Part shown: in pieces, positions 57,153 through 64,000 of the stretch
Numbering within the stretch: position 1 is the stretch's first letter
How the letters are laid out: each line of letters begins with the position of its first letter
Assembly (NCBI GenBank): GCA_965240325.2
Contig: OZ251232.1
Span: 372,001-436,000, forward strand
Direction: 5' to 3'
Origin: Rebecca billardiae RCC1528
Lineage: Eukaryota > Protista > Haptophyta
Length of the DNA: 64,000 nucleotides
Position numbers and translations under genes: made by a program
The notes under the pieces: model-generated
Told to the model about the DNA's origin: nothing
What the model saw: the letters and a program-made list of their open reading frames with translations, nothing else
Databases searched by the model: none

Positions 57153-59252
57153 CTACGATGCGGACGTGTTGCCCGCGGCGAACTGCGCCTCGATGTGCGC
57201 GTTGATGGCGGACTGCGCCGCGCGCTTCTCGGCGTTGCGACGGCTGCGGCGCGCGAGCGGTCGCGCGCACAGCACAGCACAGCGGCGGCGGCGGCAGCGG
57301 CAGCGGCAGCGGCGGATGGCTCAGCGCAGCGTCCCTCCCCGCGCACACGCGCGCGAGCCCAGGCGCGCCCCTCCACGCGCACCCACCCCGCACGCACGCC
57401 GCGCCCGCCCGCGCACGCACCGGTTCTCCTCGATCAGCTTGTGCACGTCATCGTGCTCGTCCGGGGCGGCGGCGCTCGGCGTGGGCGCGGCGGCCGCGCT
57501 GGCGCCGCTCTCAGCGCAGCCCGGCGCGGCCGGCGTGCCCGCCTGCTGCGAGGCGGTGTGCGCGGCGTGCGTCGCGGCGGCGTGCGAGATGGCGGCGCTG
57601 AGCGCCGCGCTGACCACGCTCTCCACCGCGCGCGTCCTCGCCTCCGCCTCGCTCGCTGTCTCCGCAGGCAGCAGCGCGGACGGCGGCGGGGCGGGCTTTG
57701 CGCCCGGCCCGGCCGCGGGCCCAGGCAGGCCGGGCTGCGCACCGCCGCCGGGGGCCGGCGCGGCACTCGACGCGGTCGGCTTGCCCGCCGCCTTCTCCGC
57801 TCGCTTCTTTGCGGCCTTGCCGCCACGCGAGCGCTTGTGGTGAGCCCCGCCCTCGTGCTGCCGTGCGCGCAGGGGCGGGCGGGGCGGCGCGGCGCGGCGC
57901 GGGTCTCAGTCAGCGCGGGGCGCGCCTCGGCGCAGGCGTGGCGGCCGTCGCGGCTCGGCGCGCGCGCGCGGAGGAAAGCGGACAGGACTCCGCGGGCGGG
58001 AGCGCGCGCACGCGTGGCACGACGCCGCGGTGCGGCAGGGCAGCGGCGCGGTGCGGCACGGTGCGGTGCATGGTATGCGGCGCTGTGCTGCGCTGTGCGC
58101 GCACGGCCGGAGCCTCACCTCCTCGTCGTCGCTTGCGTCGCCCCAGCCGTCTCCGCGGTCGACGACGGCGAGCACCTTGCTCGCCTCCTCCCCCATCTTC
58201 TCCTCGGCCTCCTCGCGCTGGATCCGGCGGCGCAGCGCCTCCTGAGGCGTCATCTTGACGTAGCCAGCGCCGCCGCGCCCGCCGGCAGCGGCGCCCGCCG
58301 CGCCCGCGGCGGCGCCCGCGGCAGGCGGCGGCGCGAGCGGCGCGGGAGGCACCGGGCCGCGCGCGGCGCCGCGCCCTCCGGGCGCGCGGCCGCCGCGCGC
58401 GCCGGCGCCAGTGCCGCGCGAGCCGGTGGACGTCTGCGCCTCGACGCTTGGCGGGCCGCGCCCGGCGCCGCGCCCGCCACGGCCGCCGGAGTTGGTCGCG
58501 GCGATGGGCGGCGGCACGGCGGCGGCGGCGGGCGGCGGCGGCGGCGCCGCCTTGGGCAGCGGCGGCGCGCGGCCGGGCACGGGGGCTGGCGGGCCGGGCT
58601 GCTCGACGACGACGCGCCGTGGGGCGGCCGCCCCGCCTCGGCCGCCGCCGCCGCCGCCCGGCTGCATGCCCATCGGCGGCCCGTGCATCTCAGCGCCGTG
58701 CGCCGCGCCGCCGCGCGCCGCGCCGCGGCCGCCCGCGGCCGGCTCGCCGCGGCCGCGGCCGCCCGCGCCGAGCGGCTCGCCGCGGCCGCGGCCGGCGCCG
58801 CGGCCGGCGCCGCGGCCGGCGCCGGCGGGGGGCGGCATAAAGTGGCTGGCGCCACCCGACGGGTCGTACCCGCCGCCGTACCCCGCGCCACCGCCGGCGT
58901 GCGCGGCTCCGTAGGTGTGATGCATGGGGGCGGCGGCGCCGCCGCCGCCGCGGCCGAGCGGCGCGGCCTCGGGGTAGATCTCCTTCACAATGCGCCTGTC
59001 CTTGCCGGCGAGCGTGACCGTGAGCGCCGGCGCCACCTCCACGGGCGCCGCGCTCATCGGCTGGCGCAGCTTCGCCTCGACCTCGCGAATGCGCTCCTGG
59101 AGCATCCGCACCTCGTCAGTACTCGGGTCGTCGCCGCCGCCGCCGCCGGGTCCGCGGCCGCGGCCTCCCAGCGGGGCACGGCCGCGGCCGCGGCCGCCGC
59201 GGCCGCCACGGCCGCCACGACCGACACCCAGCGCGCCGGGGCCGTGATCCAT
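57153..59252 (-). CDS. RGG/Pro-rich hypothetical protein, 3 exons (59252-58119, 57857-57421, 57243-57153)
   Basis: ATG MDHGPG; GRGG repeats; GTGAGG..GCAG and GTGCGT..CGCAG introns keep the frame to a TAG at 57153-57155. Confidence 0.6.
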
Positions 59253-59507
59253 GCGTGCGCGCTCGACCGGGGAGAGGGCGCGCCCGACGTCCGCGCCACG
59301 CGCGAGCCTGTCGCGCCTCAGCGAAAGGGCGAGGGCGCAGTCGAGACGGCGGCCAAGCCGCGGGCTCGAGTCCGGGCGCCGAGCCCAACTCGCCCTGGTC
59401 CGACTTTCAACTTGGACGATCCGGACGGCCAAAGTTCATCGCCGACCGCCGAGGGCTGGACGCGACGCTGGGGCAGCAGGCCGCGACGGCCGCGGCGAGG
59501 CGTGCAG

Positions 59508-62500
59508 ATGGTCTCGCCGGGGCTGCCGCCGAAGACGCGCGCGCCGCGCGCGGCGGAGCAGCTCTTCCTGGCCGCCGTCTACCGCGAGCGCCGCACCCTC
59601 CGCGCCACGCTCGACGCCTTCGCCGACCCGGCCGCGCCGGACGCTCCGGCGACGGTCCGCGCGGACGTGCTCGACACCGCGCTCGAGCTGCTCGGCATCG
59701 TGCCGGCCGAGAGCCGCGCGGCGCACGCGGGCGGGGCTGAGCGCGCCGAGCTTGTGCGCGTCGGCGCGAGCCGCGTGTGCGCGCGCCTCACCGAGCACGT
59801 CGGCGCGGCCGACGGCGTGCCGCGCGCGCGGTTTGCTCAGCTGCTTGACGCCGCGCATGCTGCGAACGCGCCCGTGCGCGCGCGCGTCGACGCGGACGAG
59901 CGCGTGCGCAGGCGCGCGCGCGTGCCGGTCGCGCGCATGCCGAGCAGCGCGCCCACGCGCGCGCGCACTGCACAGCACGCCGCGCCGCGCCGCAGCCGCA
60001 GCATGGGCGTCGGCGCGGCCGTGTCTTCTGCGCATGCCGGCGCGCGCGGCGCCAGCTCGAGCCTGCCGGCGGCACGGCCGCCCTGGCGGCCCGCGCCGGC
60101 GCGCTCGAGCCCGCCGCGCACCGCCTCGCCCCCCGACGCGCGCGCGGACGAGCTCACGCCGCGCCCCGCCGGCTGCTCCGAGCCTGGCGGCGTGTGCTCT
60201 GCCCACTGCCGACAGCGCGCTGCGGCGGCGGCGGCGGGCGGCGGCGCGGGCGGCGGCGGCAGCGGCGGCTCCGCCGAGGCGGCGCGCGGCGGGCCGCCGC
60301 ACTCGGCGGCGGCGGTGGAGGCGCTGCAGGCGCACGTGCGCGAGGCCCTCGCCGGCTCGTACGTCGCGGCCTTCGACGCGGTCGCGGCGCGCGACGCGCG
60401 AGGGCTCGGCGCGCTCCGGCCGGCGGCGCTGCGCTCGGCGCTGCAGCGGCTGGCGCCATCGCTGGGTGCGGAGGGCGCGGGCGCGCTGGTGCGCGCGTTT
60501 GGCCCGCGGTACGCGCGGCCCGCCACAGCCGCCGACGGCGCGCCGGCGTGCGCCGCGCGGGCCGCGCCGCCCGGGTGCGAGGCGGGGGCAGAGGCGGGGG
60601 CAGAGGCGTGGGTAGAGATTGAGTACGCACCTTTCCTGTCCCAGCTGCTGATGCCCTCGCAGCAGCAGCAGCAGCAGCAGCAGCTAGGGCACGCGGCACA
60701 GGGGCAGGAGGCCGCGGCGGCGCGGGCGTGGCCGGAGCAGCCGACGCACGCGTGTGCGTGTGCGGCGGCGGCGCGGCAGCCCCCGCCCTCGCCCGCGCGG
60801 CCGCGCTCGCTGCCCTCGCCCGCTGCGAGCGCGGCAGCGGCCGCGTCCGCGGCGCGCGCGCGCACGCTGCCGCCGACCTCGCCGCCCGCTCGCCCCGGCG
60901 AGCTGTGGCCCCCGTCCTCGCCCTCGTCGCCCGGCGCGCAGCCGCTGCGCCGCCCCTACCCGGGCTCGGCGCCGGCGTCGCCGCCGGGCGCGGCCGTGGC
61001 GCGCGTGGGCGAGCCGCCGCACCGCGCGCACTGCGCGCAGCCGCACGCTGCGGGCGGCGCGCCCGCGCCGCGCTCGGCTGCGGCGCTGGCGAGGGCGGCG
61101 GAGGCGGCGGTGGCGGCGCAGGCGGAGGAGGACGCCGAGACGGCGGCGCAGCTCTTCGCCACCACGCTCGAGCTCGCGGGCGCGCGCGCCGCGCTGCGCG
61201 CCGCCGAGGGCGCGCAGCAGCAGCAGCAGCAGTGGCAGCGCTCGGCCGCCGCGCTCGCGATCGCGCAGGCCGCGCGCTCCGCCGTGCAGGAGGAGGCGGG
61301 GCGGGAGATGGCGGCGAGGGGGGCGCGCACGGACGCGAGGCTGCGCGCGCTGCGCTCGGCGCTGCGCGTCACCGACGGCGCCGCCCTCGAGCGCGCGCTC
61401 GGCGCGTGGGCACACACACCCTCCCTGCAGCCCACGGCCAGCCACGCGGCGCCGGGCGCGCGCGCCGCGGCCGCGTGCGCGCGCGGCGCGGCAGCCGTCG
61501 AGCACGCGGCGGCGGATGGGGGCCGAGCCGTGCTCGCTGGCGCGCACAGCGGCGGCGATGCCGCGCAGGGGCGCGCGGCCGCGGGCGCAGGGCGGGCGGG
61601 CGACGGGGAGGCGCCGCACGCCGAGCCGCCGCCACCGCCCGCCGCCGCCTCGCCCAAGCCCCTCGGCGGCACGGCGGCGGCGGCGCTCGCGGCGGGCCCG
61701 CCGCCGCCGCCGCCGCCGCCGCAGTGCGCGCCTGCAGACTGGTGGGGTGCGCAGCCGAGCGCCCCCTCGGACGCGCGGCCATGGTCCGCGCACCACGCCG
61801 CCGCCGCCCCGCCGCCGCCGCCGCCGCACGCCATGGCGCAGCACGCGCAGCTCAGCGCCCTCGCGGCGATGGCGGCTGCGGCTGCGGTCGCCGCCTCGCA
61901 CGGCGTGGCCCAGCGCGCGCACGCCGCGCCCGTGCCCTCGGCGCGCGCGAGCGAGCACGGCGCCCCGCGCGCGGCCCGTGGCGGCAGCCGCAGCGAGGGC
62001 TCTCCGCCTGCCTCGCCGCCGCCGCAGCCCGCCAGAGCCGGCGCCAGCTGCTCGCCGCCGCCACGGCTGGGCGGCGGCGGCGGCAGCGGCGGCTTTGGCG
62101 GCGGCGGCGGCGGCGGCGGCTGCGGCGGCGGCTTTGGCGGGTGCGGGTGCGGGTGCGGCTCAGCGGCGGCCGCCTCTCACTGTGCGCCCTCGAGCGCTGC
62201 GCCGTGCTCGGCGGGCGCGGCGACGGGCGGCGGCTTCCACCCGCCGCCCGCGCCGCCGCTGCACCCGCCGCCGCCGCCAGCGCCGCCCGTCGCCCGCGCG
62301 GCCGCGCCGCAGAGCTGGGGGCACGAGCTGAGCCCCGCAGCGGCCGCGCGCAGCGATGCGTGGGCTTGGGGGCGCGCGAGCGTGTCCGCCCCGCAGGGCG
62401 CGGGCGCGGCGCATGGGAGCGGCGCGCGCGGAGGGGAGGCGGGCGGAGGCGCGCTCGCGCGCTCGCCGCCCGCGCTGCTCTCGCCACCAGCGCCCGCGCC

Positions 62501-64000
62501 GCCCCGCCCGCCGTGGCACCGCGCGCACGCTCACGTGGACTCGCCGGCGGCCGAGCGCGCCGGCTGCGCGCTCGCTCGGCGCGCGGCCGCAGTCGAGGCT
62601 GCCGCTCGGAGCGCGGGCGAGACCGGCGGCGCTCCGGAGTGGGGCGTGCGCGAGGCGGCGGGGATGGTGGGAGGGGTCGACCTGGACGCGCTGGCCTGGC
62701 TGCTGGGTGTCGCCCCGCCCTTCCGCCGGCGCGACGACGCGTGCGCACCGCACTGCGACGCGGACGCGGCGGCGGCCGGCGGCGCGGCCGCGCGGCCGGC
62801 GACGCGCGCCGCCTTCGCTCAGACGGACTCAGACTCCGCCGCCCTGTGCGCTGGCTGCGGCGCGCGCGCGGGCCAAGGCGGCGGCTGTGCGGCGGTGGCG
62901 CGGCCGCCGGCGGTGCTCGCCTCGCCCACCGACCACCCCGCGCCGCCCCTCGGCGCCCCCGCCTCGCCGCGCTCGACGGCGGCGGCGCGCTCCTGCCCGC
63001 ACACGCCGCTGAGCGCGCCGCCCTCGGAGCGCGGGCGCGCGCCTCGCTCGGCTGATCGCTCGGCCTCGCGCGCGCGCACGCCGTCGCCGCCGCCGCGGCC
63101 CAAGCCGTACTTCGAGCGGCACTGCTTCGACGACGAGAACGGCCGGCGGCTGTGCGAGCGGCGCGCGTCCGCGCCGATGCTGCTGCCGATCTCGCCGTGC
63201 GGCTGCGCAGGCGCGGCGCCCACGCCACGCGCCCGCGTCGGCGCCAGCGCTGGGCTGCACGCGTGCGGCTCGCCGCCCTCGCAGCCGCGGTGCGCGTCGA
63301 GCCCGCGGCTCCTCTCGCCGCGGCGGCACACGGACGACGACGCGTGCACGCGCAGCGCGCGCACCGCCGCGCCATCGCACCCGCGTGCCACCGCCACGGC
63401 CACGGCCGCCCTCCCGCCCGCCGCCCCCAGCGCATCCGCCAGAGCCGAGCCCGCCGCCGATGCGGCGACGCTCGCCGACGGGCGGTGCGGCGGCGCCAGC
63501 GCCCGCGCTGCCGGCCCCCAGCCGCCGAGCCCCGCGCAGCGCAGCGCGCAGGCGCACAGCCCGCGGCCCGCCCCCGCTGCGTGCGCGCGCCCCGGCCTGC
63601 CCGGCTCGGCCACGGCTGCCGAGCCGGCCGTCGCCACCTCTCTGCGCGCGGTCGAGCTGGCGCTCTTCCGGGCGGCAGCGGACGCGCCGGCACCGGCGTG
63701 CGCGGTCGGCGCGCACGCGGAGCGCGCACTCGCCGGCGCGCGCGCGCGGGGCGAGCGCTCCGATGGCACCAGCTCGGCCTCGGCCGGCTCGGCTGCCGCG
63801 CCAGAGGCCGCTGGCGCAGCGGAGGCGGCGAGCGCGCTCGCTGCCGAGCCGGAGCCCTCGGTGGGCGGCAGCGGCAGCGCTGAGGCGCAGGGGTGGGGCG
63901 CGCTCGTCTCCGCCGTGTTCCCCACGGGCACGGCGGGCGTGGGCGCGCTGGGCTGCAGCCTGGACGGCGCCGGCAGCGGCGCGGACGACGGCGTGCGGAC
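59508..64000 (+). CDS. Long hypothetical Ala-rich protein with a degenerate EF-hand-like region; runs off the right edge
   Basis: The frame from the ATG at 59508 (MVSPGLPPK) is also the frame of WVEIEYAPFL (60609) and KPYFERHCFDD (63102). I saw no stop at the points checked, consistent with its absence from the ORF track. Confidence 0.55.
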   Translation, partial: MVSPGLPPKTRAPRAAEQLFLAAVYRERRTLRATLDAFADPAAPDAPATVRADVLDTALELLGIVPAESRAAHAGGAERAELVRVGASRVCARLTEHVGAADGVPRARFAQLLDAAHAANAPVRARVDADERVRRRARVPVARMPSSAPTRARTAQHAAPRRSRSMGVGAAVSSAHAGARGASSSLPAARPPWRPAPARSSPPRTASPPDARADELTPRPAGCSEPGGVCSAHCRQRAAAAAAGGGAGGGGSGGSAEAARGGPPHSAAAVEALQAHVREALAGSYVAAFDAVAARDARGLGALRPAALRSALQRLAPSLGAEGAGALVRAFGPRYARPATAADGAPACAARAAPPGCEAGAEAGAEAWVEIEYAPFLSQLLMPSQQQQQQQQLGHAAQGQEAAAARAWPEQPTHACACAAAARQPPPSPARPRSLPSPAASAAAAASAARARTLPPTSPPARPGELWPPSSPSSPGAQPLRRPYPGSAPASPPGAAVARVGEPPHRAHCAQPHAAGGAPAPRSAAALARAAEAAVAAQAEEDAETAAQLFATTLELAGARAALRAAEGAQQQQQQWQRSAAALAIAQAARSAVQEEAGREMAARGARTDARLRALRSALRVTDGAALERALGAWAHTPSLQPTASHAAPGARAAAACARGAAAVEHAAADGGRAVLAGAHSGGDAAQGRAAAGAGRAGDGEAPHAEPPPPPAAASPKPLGGTAAAALAAGPPPPPPPPQCAPADWWGAQPSAPSDARPWSAHHAAAAPPPPPPHAMAQHAQLSALAAMAAAAAVAASHGVAQRAHAAPVPSARASEHGAPRAARGGSRSEGSPPASPPPQPARAGASCSPPPRLGGGGGSGGFGGGGGGGGCGGGFGGCGCGCGSAAAASHCAPSSAAPCSAGAATGGGFHPPPAPPLHPPPPPAPPVARAAAPQSWGHELSPAAAARSDAWAWGRASVSAPQGAGAAHGSGARGGEAGGGALARSPPALLSPPAPAPPRPPWHRAHAHVDSPAAERAGCALARRAAAVEAAARSAGETGGAPEWGVREAAGMVGGVDLDALAWLLGVAPPFRRRDDACAPHCDADAAAAGGAAARPATRAAFAQTDSDSAALCAGCGARAGQGGGCAAVARPPAVLASPTDHPAPPLGAPASPRSTAAARSCPHTPLSAPPSERGRAPRSADRSASRARTPSPPPRPKPYFERHCFDDENGRRLCERRASAPMLLPISPCGCAGAAPTPRARVGASAGLHACGSPPSQPRCASSPRLLSPRRHTDDDACTRSARTAAPSHPRATATATAALPPAAPSASARAEPAADAATLADGRCGGASARAAGPQPPSPAQRSAQAHSPRPAPAACARPGLPGSATAAEPAVATSLRAVELALFRAAADAPAPACAVGAHAERALAGARARGERSDGTSSASAGSAAAPEAAGAAEAASALAAEPEPSVGGSGSAEAQGWGALVSAVFPTGTAGVGALGCSLDGAGSGADDGVR

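Overview
Very GC-rich eukaryotic nuclear DNA with short GT-AG introns. A haptophyte-like alga (e.g. Pavlovales) is my inference from composition and gene content; it is not proven. Compact, often head-to-head genes alternate with AT/microsatellite-rich intergenic islands full of transposons. Genes: PEX16 5' end, SGNH hydrolase, EsV-1-7 Cys-repeat protein, Tudor/Agenet-like, F-box/WD40, IQ-motif, TauE/SafE, bestrophin, carotenoid oxygenase, CWF18, Myb/SANT-like, a 3-exon membrane protein, an RGG-rich protein and a long ORF running off the right edge. Transposons resolved by TIR/TSD reading: (1) a four-element nest at 6534-10298, made of a long-TIR element, two ~1.13-kb P/Galileo-like foldback elements and a hAT element; (2) Sola2-like, GG..CC (Kolobok-like), hAT, piggyBac-like and EnSpm/CMC-like non-autonomous elements; (3) a young Copia (33640-42035, identical LTRs, AAAAA TSD) about 90 bp downstream of a solitary 5S rRNA gene. 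The Copia has no canonical PBS, its ORF starts at the LTR edge, it carries a ~900-aa N-terminal extension with a MYND-like finger, and its integrase lacks the HHCC finger. The best candidates for novelty are this Copia and the 11 x 38-aa EsV-1-7 array, which varies at fixed positions in a TALE-like way. All coordinates were read by eye and no database searches were run.
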